DNA of 60,283 bases, counting the filler, from Nemertoderma westbladi (Eukaryota > Animalia > Xenacoelomorpha), in the NCBI GenBank assembly GCA_032718475.1. It is 3 parts of 3 records of this genome, joined end to end, with 100 filler letters (N's around TTAATTAATTAA, not from the genome) between each part and the next. Parts side by side here need not be neighbours in the genome. Positions count along the whole stretch, not along the records: positions 22,689 to 50,266 come from JAUCBJ010006546.1; 2 more parts are not named here. One strand, given 5' to 3'. Positions 26,896 through 38,800 of this stretch are shown piece after piece (positions within the stretch are counted from its first letter, which is position 1; every line of letters begins with the position of its first letter). A program made the position numbers and the translations under genes. A model generated the notes under the pieces. That model searched no databases and was not told the origin of the DNA. It was given only the letters and a program-made list of their open reading frames with translations.

Positions 26896-28741
26896 CCCTA
26901 TTAAACCCGGGGGGGGGGGGGGGGTCAATATGACCCCCCCCCGTGGTTTTTTTATTATAATTCTGAAACAAACGCAGTTGGGAATCTGAAATTGTATGAC
27001 TTTTCCTAAAAATCTATTGTCTTCCTAGTAGTGAAAACCGTTTTCAAAAATATTGGGTACTTTTCGAGTTATAGCACCATTTTTTAACCCTACTTTTGGC
27101 ACTTTTTTGAGACGTTTTTTTACATTTCATTAAATATGAATTGTAACATCTCTATTTTTGATTTACACCGGTTTTTTGGTGTTAGAAATTAGATGGAATT
27201 CATATAAATTGATTTAGAAATTTCAAACTTGTTTTTTTCGGTGGGTGCCAAATTTTGGTGCCAGCACCAAATTTTGAAATATGTCAATTTTGTAAATTGA
27301 TTGTTTGAAACTTTTTTTTTACGCAATTGGAGTTTTTTGGGGTTCTGGATTCGATGAAATATATACGAGTTGCACCAAGCGTATCAAACTTGTATTTTTC
27401 GGTGCTGTGTGCAAATTTTGGTGCTAGCAAGAAATTTTGAAAATCCATTCAATAGATAAAATTCCTTGTGACAATTTAAATCTTGCGTTTAAGAGGTTTA
27501 TATGGCTGTTCTGAATTCAATGGAATATATAATTATCGAACTAGACATCTCAAACTTGTATTTTTCGGATGTGGGTGCAAAATGTGGTGCTAGCACCAAA
27601 TTTTGTAAACCATCAAATATATCAATTGATTGTGTCACCTTGTTTCTTGCGTTATACGGGTTTGTGATGGTTCTGAATTCAATGGAATCAGTAAAAATTT
27701 CATAAGAGTTCTCAAACTTGTATTTTTCGCCGGTGGGTGAAAATTGTTGTGCCAGCACCAAATTTTGGAAAATATGCAAATTGATCAGTAGATAGTATCA
27801 CCTTGTTTATTGCGTTATACGGGTTTATGAGGGTCCTGAATCCGATGGAATCAATAAAAACAGCACTGGACATCGCAAACTTGTACTTTTTGGTGATGGG
27901 TACGAAATTTGGTGCTAGCACCAAAATTTGCCAAATTACGCCGAAAAATAGAAGTAGCAATGATCTGGCATATTAGAAATGTATTCCATTAGAATCAGCG
28001 CCCTCTAAAACCTGAAAATGTGAATTTATAGCATCGTATAAGTGAATTAAAAATTTTGTGTTCTAACTGAAAAGTGCTGGTTACTTGTTTTTTTCATTTT
28101 TTTCCTACGCAGAGAGGACTAAACAGCCATATATAGTAATCATATCATTTTTAAATATTTTCCAATGTATTTTGCACCCCAGAAAACCTGTATTGAATGG
28201 GAGAATCTTTTAGGCTCGTTAAGCCAAGGAATGCCTGTTCACCACCATGGGTGATCTTCCACAGTAAACCCCTCCACTCTGTTTCCCAAGTTGCCTTGGT
28301 TCCCATTTATCGACCACTGAAGGATGAAAGCCGGGGTTGGGCTAGGCTGCAGCATTTAAAGCACTGTGCCCAAACAGTGCTGCCCCATCTAGGGATCAAA
28401 CCCGGGCTCCCTAATCGGAAGCACAGTAATGTCACCACTAGACCAAGCTGCATTGAAATTATTGTAAAATGTATTGAAAAATAATTAGCCGAAAATGTAA
28501 CTTTCAAATTTTGTGAAAATTGTGCACTACTTGTAATTTTGGTGCTGCAATATAACCACCCCAGTACATTTTTTCGAAAAATTTTTTTTTCGGTCGAATC
28601 CAGACTAGTGATACCTACGTACAAACAAAAAATCAGACGTTTTCGTTAATATTTGTAGATTTTAGAAGGAGGGGTCAATATGACCCCCCCCCCCCCCCCC
28701 CCGGTATTTGTACAACATTTTATGGCGCGGTACTAATAGGG
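26896..28741. mobile_element. Non-autonomous piggyBac-type element with five ~163-bp internal tandem units
   Basis: TTAA on both flanks (26892-26895, 28742-28745). CCCTATTA/TAATAGGG termini. Subterminal palindrome GGGGTCAATATGACCCC at both ends. Units start near 27222, 27385, 27550, 27712, 27875. Confidence 0.85.
28200..28452 (-). mobile_element. tRNA-derived SINE with conserved central domain, nested in the piggyBac-type element
   Basis: Minus strand GCAGCTTGGTCTAGTGG (A box), CCGGGTTTGATCCC (B box), then GGCTTTCATCCTTCAGTGGTCGATAAATGGGAACC, which resembles the MetaSINE-type core. Confidence 0.7.
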
Positions 28742-30439
28742 TTAAGAAATTGTTAAATTTCTCGGGAAGGCCTCACTTTCCAGAGCTGACATTTTGGTTG
28801 CTTGTAGATATTCATGAAGTCTATCGTTTACGAAATTGAAAAGTTATGACATCGAATTGGGGATCCGCTAGAGACTCCGAAGTAATGGCAAAGGCCTACC
28901 GATACGGTACTGCTGTACTGTGCACTGGTAAAGTACGAAGATGCAGAATAGCAATTTGACACCACCTAGCGGATTAATAGTGCCGCGAAGTTGGCACTGA
29001 GCCTCGTGCTGATCAAAGGCCCCACGAACGTGTACTTCTGGGGCATTAAATACCCATAAACATTCATTAATCACTGTATTCTATATCTGTGCGGGACCTA
29101 GACATTATGCAAATAATTATTCTCTCCTAAGTTCTTTTTAGAATTATTCCATTACAAACAAACAAATATAAATAGTTACAGGAGGAGAAGGAAAAGCAAC
29201 AAAATTACAAATTAGAAAAAATTATGTTAAAATATGACCTCGCATTTCATTCGTGAGTGAATGATATTTCAGATACCTTACAGACACTGTTACAGTACTT
29301 TATTAAAGTTATCTGTGAAATGGAAACACATGACACCAGAGACTCCTCTCCCTGGAAAAAATCAGAAGTCCGCATCAGTCAACTAATTGTGTTGGTTTTA
29401 TGGTGATATAGATGATGATGTGATGGAAGACTATATAGTGTATATCCAGATGTTTTTTCCTCGTGACCTTATTGAAATGAATATATTCCGTATTTTTCAG
29501 ACACAACCTTCATCATAACCTTTTAAAGATCCGTCCAGTGGTGTTAGAGTCATTAGAGTATGAATTGTTAAAAATATAAACATTCTTGATGTAAAATAAA
29601 TTAATGGTACATAGAACTAGCACAATAATCATATGTAATTTTATTGATGGAACAGAATTCATCTTGGGTTAAAATACGATTAGCCTTACATCGTCGGATC
29701 CAGTCCCCAACGCTTCTTGATTAGATAAAGGACGTATTAGGTACACTGTCATTTGGAAAAGAGAAGTCTTAATGTTGTTTCCTAAGATACGGTGGAAAGA
29801 GTGATGCCTTGATGAGAATATATTGGTAATTAAAGCTAATACAAATTCGTACGTCATGCATTATTACATTTGGAAATCCCAGTAGGAATCTGCAATTACA
29901 TGTAACAACTACGGGGAGAAATGCGGGGTAAGATTTTTTGCTTCCTTGTCTTCTTTGGTGTTGTGCAAATAGACGAAAATGAAAGTCGGTGTTTGAATAA
30001 GGGTGGCGGTGCATCTGTTTGGAAGTTGTCTCCAGTAGTGTGTCGATGCAGCGGCTCAGTGACCATATTAGTTTGGTGGCACAGATTTACCGTTCAAAGT
30101 ACAATCATCCCTGACTGTTGAATCTTTGCCCAGGTCTCTGTCACTGTGCAAGACACTTACGTATAATAAATTCGCTTCTAAGGAAAATAATGAAATTAAC
30201 AAGGACTTATGAAATGCAACCTAAAAATTAAAAAGCAAGTCTGGTGAAGCAGTCAGACTTACCTTTTATGCGATATGTTATTCTGCTTCTCTGTGATGTG
30301 CTTGTTATTATTTGTTTTGTTAGTATACTAGTAGGATGATGATGATGTAAGGAAGAAAATAATATTGACAAATATCAAGTAGAAATACTAGGTCGAACAG
30401 TGGATATGAGATCCTTCCATGCTTCCAGATTCTCCAGAG

Positions 30440-30730
30440 TTGTCACAATTTTGTTTCCCCCAAGTACAGTATCCCTTTTGGTCTATATATGTTATAGCCA
30501 GACGTCCACGGTTACGCTTTCCTTGTGTTGGTGGCCAGAAAATTAGATCTGGTATGACCTCGTCTTTACTTCTGAATGCCCACTGAATCTCAATCTAAGT
30601 TCATGGAGAGTGGTATCCATTTTTGCTAGAGCTACCCAATACCCATGCCTTTGCATCCTAACTTAAATGTCTATTTTGCTAGTCTCTATCCATGACCCAA
30701 GGTACTGGAAGTCGTCAACTTTCCTTAGTG
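30440..30730 (-). mobile_element. RTE-like LINE 3'-region fragment
   Basis: The minus strand reads KVDDFQYLGSWI, a post-RT motif, followed by degenerate C-terminal sequence. Confidence 0.6.
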
Positions 30731-31189
30731 GATACTTATCAATTAATGCAAATAACAACTGATTTCTCCCAAAAATAACACCGGTTCTATTGACTTCAGT
30801 TAATTTATTTGGTTTAGAATAACGTGCCACTGTTCTGCTCCATTCCCTTGAGTGATAATTTAACATTGAGACGAGATATTAATTTTTAATTCGCCGAGAT
30901 GGGATTTGCGCCAAGTTTACCCCCCCCCCCCCCCCCTCTCTCATGGTTTCATATATTATTATAATTTTGTTTGGGCTTAGCTTAGTACGAAGCAAAGCTC
31001 GATCCCCTACTACTACTACAACGATCGGAATGCTGCATTGCAGCGGCATTATATATATTGCATATATTAAGAATGCTGTGCCGTCTTGTCGAAAAAATTG
31101 CACCGCCACAACTCCCTTTCCATAATGACTTTCACGATATTACGGCTCCGTTTAAGTGTCAACCTAGGGTCTAACTAATGAAACACCTC

Positions 31190-31475
31190 CAATGTTGTAT
31201 ATAGTCTGATTGGAGTTGATTGTACTTGACACAATGAACCAGGCATAGCAATCTTGTGAAAGTGCCATCCTGAGATTTGTTATCCTCTGCAGTTAGAGCC
31301 CAGCATAGACTCCCATAGTAGTACTGGTACTACTGCTGCTCTAAATAATCGGACCTTAAGATTCCGATGTATTCTATGGGTCTTCCAAATCCTGGAAAGC
31401 CTATTCAATGTTGTCCAAGCCTTCCCCTTACGATCTGAATGATCCCAAGTAGCAGAAGTCATCCACATGCTCAAG
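31190..31475 (-). mobile_element. RTE-like LINE fragment
   Basis: RKGKAWTTLNRLSRIWK...LKVRLFRAAVVPVLLW, typical of the post-RT region of RTE-like elements. Confidence 0.7.
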
Positions 31476-33009
31476 CCAGCCGTCCCTGGAGCTTCTGCCC
31501 TCACATTTCATGAGGGCTGCCAAGGTTCACTGTTATAATTTGGGAAGGCAGGGGGGGGGGGGGGGGGGAGTTGACGTAAATTCCCGATGTAATATCTCGC
31601 CTCAATGTTAAAATATAAAATACGAGAAAGGAGCAGGTTACAGGTGCACATTATTCTAACCAAAACAATAAAATGAAGTCAATAGAACAGGATACAGTTT
31701 TATTTTTGGCAGTAATCAGTTCTTATATGCGTCGATTTTCCTCGGAGATGGGCGAATTGTATTGCGTCGAAAATCGCACCCCCTCCCCCCAATAACAATT
31801 TGTTAAATTTAAATATTATTTATAATATAGTTAGATAATTGTATGCATACCAACCCTTTATATAAATGTGTATTCTTTGATGTTATCACAGCATTGGTTA
31901 TGTATCCGGAATATTTAATCCGTGGTAAATTACCACTACTCAGCAATGTTATGTACTTCTAAAATTTACAAAAACTAACGAATGTGGCCGTCTTAAAAGG
32001 AAAAAAGCTACTTTGTCTGAAAATGTCACTGCTGCAAGTCAACTTTAAAACTATACTTAGGTGAGGGTGGTGGAGGCGCTTATTCTTCCAGGAACATAAA
32101 CCATTCCTATTGGCGTAAAAGGTCGAGATGTGGAATTCCTACAAAAGTTATGCAAAATGGAAGTTCCTATTGGTCGTTAAGTTAATCCCCAACAAAGATG
32201 CCTGTTACGTTACTGTTAGGTAACTTGATATGGCAATTAGAAGAAATAAAATAATTTGAAGACATACCAGTATGTTAAGGTAAAAGATGTAGATCTTGAC
32301 ATCGTACTGGTAGTGTGTTCACTTCGAATGTTGGATAAATATTATTACACCCTGCAGCAGTGCAGCGTTTCTACTTACTTTAGTAACACATTCTCTATAG
32401 GTTCCAAAGCATCATATTTCATTCTGCCTGATCAATTTGCATTTGAACGCTTTCCATAAAAATCCAATTACCCTTCAGTTGATGTCTTCAAAATGTCGAA
32501 TGTTTGCGAAGTCAATGGGATTTTACCTCTGCATAGATATGTATTCTTAAATATCATCCCCCCACCCCCCAAGGCCATGTACGTACATTAATAGTGTAGT
32601 GTAGCTGGTGGCATAGTGTAAGGTAGCAGACCTATCGAATGGCAGAACGAAACACTAATGGCTGTCTGTATAGTTATGGTGTTACAACCTTTGTACAGTA
32701 TGATGAAGTTTTCTTCTAAAATACTGCCTTTATTTGATATTCCATTACTCTTAGGGTTTACCTATGCATGTTGTTAGCATATTCGACATCAACATGCCCT
32801 TGCTTTTATTATTATTAATAATTTATTATTATAAATAATTATTATTAATAATAATTTTAAATTTATTTTTATAATATATGAAGTAGTAAAGTAAAAGTAA
32901 AACAATTTCTTCAGCCGTATTACTTCAGGTTTCCTAGGGGAGTTTTGGCACCCTGTCTGCAGTATCGGATCTGGATAGGGTTATTATCCAAACGACGTTA
33001 GACCATTCC

Positions 33010-35033
33010 CGAGGACAGCTCTACTATAGGACTGGCAAGCCTATTTCCCCGATACCGCTAGCAGGGGCCATTGTACAGTTGAATATCTGTATGTGTACTG
33101 GCTGTCTATTGTTGATATTAATATGTAGGTTGATGTAGTGTAGGCCTACTGTACAACTGCTGTAATGCATATTTAGACCTGTACTGTACTTGCAGAATTG
33201 TAGTGAATTTCCCACTCCAAATTATTAGTTTTTATGGATAAATTAATAATATTTGAGATTCTTCTTTACTCCTTAATTGCTATACTGGTACTGTAATAAT
33301 GACGAATAAGTGTTGTGTGTTTGGTTTATTGCGTCCAGTCCCCCCCCCCCCCTATATGTTGGTTGTGACGGAAATTATAAAGGAAATCCGGTTTGCACTG
33401 TGAAGTTGCCTCCATCCGGAACCGAGCGTGGTAAATGGATTGCGGCGTTACCTAAGCGAGTTGGAGATGGCGGAGCACCTTTCATATACGGGAATGATGC
33501 AGTTATCTGCATTCAGCATTGGCTGAATTTTCCCGTTGCCGTTCCACATAAGAAAGTTCCCGGTGGATCGTTGCAGCCATCCATCGTCCCGTTCCACTTC
33601 CCAGGCATTCCTCTCTCCTGTATCCCAACTCATCCCATCCCCGAACACCAAACTCCTCCCATTGAAGAGTGACAGTTGACCCTACTGAATCAGATCGATT
33701 CAATTTCTGGTTTTCCAGAATTATCCGAGAAACTGGATCGAAAATTAACTGCTGAACTGAGGTACCCACATATGGAACTGATATGGAGATCTTTGTAAAG
33801 AGAAGGATTAGCCACATTCTTATCTTTGTGTTCCATATGGATGATAATTATATGGGTAAGATAGAGGTCTTCCTTAAACAACATTTTCTTTCCAATATGT
33901 ATGTCCGCCCTGAGACCCATTTAGGGAACCACCTCTCTCTCCCAACTCCCAACTGTTCAGGTGGTCTCAGTTGACTGAAATTGTTGCTATTGTCAAGCGG
34001 GGCGACAAGGATATATCTGCGCTCCTAAATAAGACACAGGAGTTTATGGACATAGCGATTGCACTCGACAACGTCAAACAGCAAACGTGTTACGTATTGT
34101 ACCAGAACTTGAGAACGTGCAAGCGGACAGTACTTTTATTCGAACTCTGTCACGTGGTGGTTTAAAACTGCTCTGCCAAGAGTTGGTGTGGTGGACATTG
34201 GCTTCAACAGTCTTCATTGACCTTGTGCCGCATTTCACAATTCGCTCTCTAAAGCAACTTGTTGAAATCATCAATCTCATTTCCAGCTACTATTATATTA
34301 TCCCACGACCACCAATAGCCGCATGTCGTGTTCTAGCTAACACGATTATAAACGGCCTGCAGAAGAGAACCACGGATTCACATTAAACTGAGAACAGACT
34401 CCGTACTGGGGATCATACCTAACTGGCTCGAATTACAGGAACATTAACATTTCTAGGACTATTTTATAGTAGGATAATTTCTGCACCTTTAGAGACTGTT
34501 ATATTTCAATTTTTATCACATTCATACTGGTCCCACATATTACTTTTCAAATAAATATGTTAATTATACCATATCAAAGAAACATACAATAACTTGTAGA
34601 CATAAGGTGATCAAAAGTAAACAAAGTGCTCTTTTTATACGTTGATGTACTCGATTACCATAGCAACAAACTGTTATTTTGGTTGTCAATGATTCATTGG
34701 TGATAGAGCTTGTTTCAGGCGCCCATAGGGGTAATTTTTCAGTTTGTGTCATAATTATTAACGTAAAATTAGAAATTGAAATTAAACAATGTAAATTCAT
34801 AAGTGATACTCAAATTGTTGCTTCACTCATTAATATTAAAATTCAAGGTCTTAAAATCAATAATGGATAAAAATAAATAATATATTCGTTTTCACTGTAA
34901 AATTTTACTCTAGATAGATCCTGAACCGCGGTGTAATGGTCATATATCGACTGTTTATGAAGTATAACGCAATGGCCCCCGAAAGCGGTATTAGGGAAAA
35001 ATGCTTGCCAGTCCTGTAGTAGAGCTTTCCTTG
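33010..35033 (+). mobile_element. Internally deleted P-element-like (THAP-domain) transposon
   Basis: ~30-bp TIRs CGAGGACAGCTCTACTATAGGACTGGCAAGC / GCTTGCCAGTCCTGTAGTAGAGCTTTCCTTG. 8-bp TSD ACCATTCC/ATCATTCC. THAP-like ORF 33310-33672 (GC..P..W..ICIQHW..P). C-terminal FIRTLSRGGLK remnant in 34087-34386. Confidence 0.82.
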
Positions 35034-35569
35034 ATCATTCCTGATCGTCAAGGACAAACCCACAGTATAATACTATGGATTTATTCAAAGGCACAGGTGT
35101 AAAAATCACCATTGGTCACTGGTGCTTGGTTTCTTTATTGTTTCCAAGGAGACTATCAAGAGATTGTAGAAGTTCGGGTATTATTTTTGACGGGGCTACT
35201 AACTTAGGATGAATTCGCTCCCAACGCCTCACAACCAGCCTATAATTAAATCATTGTAGATTTACAACAAATTAACAAGTCCTGGTTTTGTGGAATTATC
35301 AGCTGAATTTGCAACAAACAAGTTGATATCTGCAAACACAGGCAGGTATAGGTACCCCCCATCCTTTGAATACATAAGGGAAAGGCATATGGGCAGCATT
35401 GATTGGGCTTTCCAGGATTTGGATGTCACACAGAACACGGTCAAAACTTGAGGTCTGATTATTTAGAGCAGCAGTGTGTACTCCTTTATGGGAGTCAATG
35501 CTGGGCTCTAACTGTTGAGATGTCACATACACAAGAAATCTACATGTCTTGATGTCACATTCACAAGAC

Positions 35570-35885
35570 TTCTACGTCGGGTTCACTGTGTCAAGTACAA
35601 CGCACATTACATTCGAGAAGTCTCATTGGTTGACACTTGTCCAAAGCTGCCTTTGCTTTGAAGGACATTGCTTTATCTGCGAGGACTAGCCTGTGCATAA
35701 TCTTGTGCTTTGGCAGCCACATCGAGAAAATAAGCATGGTGGACAGCCCATGACTTTCCTGAGTTGCCTCTTATAGGACACTGGCCTTGGAGATGCGGAT
35801 AATCTTGCGAAGGTCTTGTTAAAGTTGTGGCAGTGCAATTTGTTGAAAAGCCGGCATATCATTCTTAATGCATGCTGCATTGGGG
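35570..35885 (+). mobile_element. RTE-like LINE fragment (opposite orientation to the 59.3-kb copy)
   Basis: Antisense ORF text RPVSYKRQLRKVMGCPPCLFS...QSTRLC matches RPVCFRGRLKKPMGYPPYLFS...QSTRLC at 59336. Confidence 0.6.
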
Positions 35886-38800
35886 TATGTCATTTGGGTG
35901 GTGGTGGTGGCAAACATATTTTTGTTAAGCCAGCATATCATCTTAATGTGCAGCTTAAATGCACCAGGCTGATTATAATAGTAGTAGTATCAAGACCTAT
36001 ATATATATATATAGGTTATATAGGTTATAGTAGGTCATGGTAGTATCCCCCTGGAGAAGCTTATGACCCAGTATGTGTGGGTGGCCTAGCTCTCTTTCAA
36101 CCACCTGACTATAACATTTGTTATTGTTATGATAATTTGAAGAAATAGAATGAGCCTCTTCCAGCTTTAATTGCTTCAAGCAATTCTCTGTAGGAAATTC
36201 AGAAGGTCCTACTAAAGGAGTTTGATTTAGAAGCAAAGATCAGACTGCAGGAGAAATGCACCTCAGTTGTCGCTCTTCTTGATGAGAATGTATAATATCA
36301 CCAATCTTTAGCAAATGAGAAAGGCACTTCAGAGTGGGTTACTGCCATACATAATGAGAAACATGGAATGTTCCTACAACAAACTGCCTTCCAGGATAAG
36401 GTACGTTTTAGGTTTGGTTGGACAACTCTATAGTTGCCTGCCACATGCATCTGTTTGTGGTACATCATTTCATTGTTATACACTGTCTCTATTACCCCAA
36501 TGCTGGATACCCCAGCATACTTAGTAATGGCAACTGTGACCTTCTCTCAGAACTGCTCTCTAAGTGTTCAGATTAAGCTGCACCATCAGCAAATGAACAA
36601 TGATAAATTTCGTCTACAAAGCACCCCCAGACAGGATGATGCCTGATGTTGTGGTGCATGGGGTGTGGTGAGGGCAATTCGATCAGATTCTTATAGATGT
36701 GAAATCATCTTTACATGATTCTAAACCCTGATCAATAACTGCAAATATGAGGAACCTATATATTCCTTAGGAATGCAGGTTCTGCCCATTCTTTGTTGCC
36801 ACTACTGGTAGTATGAGACATGAGTAATGAGTAGTGCTCATGCCCTCATAAAGTCTTCTACCTTTTTTTAGATAGGGGCAGGGTGGGCTGTACTCATCCA
36901 CTGTGTCATTGGTCCAAATCAAGATAAACTTGGCTCTGGTGCACTCCCTGGTGTGTCTCCAGTGTTATCGCAGTCAAAAACGCAAAAAATCCTGGTCAGA
37001 CTATTGCAGAGACTGGGGTTGTCTGTGCAGTGGTGGATTTAATAATTAACAAATTTCTACAAATATGGAAAAATTTGTAAAGTAGTTAGTGGATGCATGT
37101 TATATTACAATCAACATAATCAAATTGTTTAATTTCAACTATTTTTCTGTTGTTCTGTTTACCTGAAGAAATCGTTGAAGCAAGGCAGAAAGCTCGCCAG
37201 TAAACAACTTTTTGTTTATGGGAAGTTGACCTTAAAGTTTTACAACATAATAAATATATTTTGGTACTTTAGGGTAAGTTATAACATATGTAACAAGAGG
37301 ACCCAACACCCTTTGGATATTTTCTTAAATAAAATAGGTGGCAAAATTTTTCAAAAGAATCAGAGACTGCGCTATTAGCATATAGCATAGCAGTGAATAA
37401 ATCTTATGTTGATTCCTAATGAACTTGATTTCTAATGAATTCTTGAATTCTAATGAAAATGACTTCTCATGCTACAATGTTGAGATATGATACCCCCAAC
37501 TGATACAAACTACATAGTTGGCTATAAACTAATGCATGCCGTATTGTAAGTTATAGTTGCCTATAAATATCACTGTTATTGGTAATTGAAATTGATATAA
37601 CACTGTTCATTTGATTCATACACTAGTATGATCCAGCTGCTGTTCGTTCGTTGGTGTTGGCAAATTAACCAATTTACATATATCTCCATCAATGGGAGCC
37701 ATCATCCTTGATCTCTGGGAATTCATAATCACATTAAAGAACACCTCACTTTCATTACTTATAATGTCCACAACAGTTTGTATCCACCATTTGTTTTCAT
37801 ATACCACAGCAACATATTCATCATAGCATAATATAATATAATAATATAAATAATAATAATAACAATAAATATAAATAATATAATCAAACATAATATCTAA
37901 CATATTTATTTGACTTCTCTCAGCAGCCTCCAATGTTGGATCTGTTGGGCAATGCTAATGTACTTCATTGGTTGATTGAGTAGGAAAATCCTTCCAAAAC
38001 AGTGCACTGTCTAGCTGTAATCTATGGTGGAACGATTTCATGGGGATGGATTTGTAACAGTGTTCTTTTTCACCCCCCTTTATGTGGTTGAATGGTCTTC
38101 AAAGATGACTTTATAACAGCATTCTTTCTAACTACCAGTTGAGGTGACAGTTGAGGTGGAATGTGTTTCTTGACAGCCATTGCATTGAATGGTACAATGG
38201 TGAATGGTGCAGTTGCCTTGACGACTGCTTTGAGGTTATTTTCTGTTTTCATGCCTAGGCGAACTAAAGCATCATTGAGGGCTGTTGGAAATTGTGGTTT
38301 AGGAATCCAACTTGCCTTTGCGTTATGTTTCTTATTGTCACTCATGACATTAAGGGCTAGCCTCTACTCTAGGTGTGTTGAATTTATTGGGAAGCATCAA
38401 AGTGTAATGCACAATTCAATGGCATTCAATGCCACTATAGATGCGAATGGATATAGACAAACTACCCCATAATAGAAAGTCTCTCAACCAAGAAAGGAAC
38501 AAATCTCCATCAATCTAGCAACTTTTAGTACCAGTGTAGGATGCCCCACTACTGGGCCTTTGTCATGATGACTTCTATGACTTTGTTCCTCTCAGTATGT
38601 TGTAATGCTGTTGCATCACCATCATTGGTCATTCTGACTTTTCAGAAAATCTTTTAACTTCCCAAACTACTTTCGCTAAACCATATCGACTATATTATGT
38701 TCTATTAGCCCATCTGTGTATTAGATGGGCACGTTTATTTACAAGGATTTTAATAATTAACATAACAAAATTACTTACTTTACCTCTTAATAAACAAACA

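Larger units (their letters stand above)
26676..29035 (+). mobile_element. HINE-like element interrupted by a piggyBac-type insertion
   Basis: 5' TGGGGTGAGACACGTAGTTGGCGAGCCTT, then a (CTGT)-type microsatellite. The 3' end CCTCGTGCTGATCAAAGGCCCCACGAACGTG matches the other family copies. Confidence 0.6.

Noticed and set aside
29250-30270. Exon-like stretches with splice-like signals on the minus strand (also 32050-32520, 38640-39020, 40700-41620)
   Set aside because: They contain stops, have no recognisable domain, and I could not build a phase-consistent model.
36050-38640. Coding-like decayed sequence, possibly old transposase remnants (e.g. YVAVVYENKWW)
   Set aside because: Too degraded to assign; no TIR or TSD identified.
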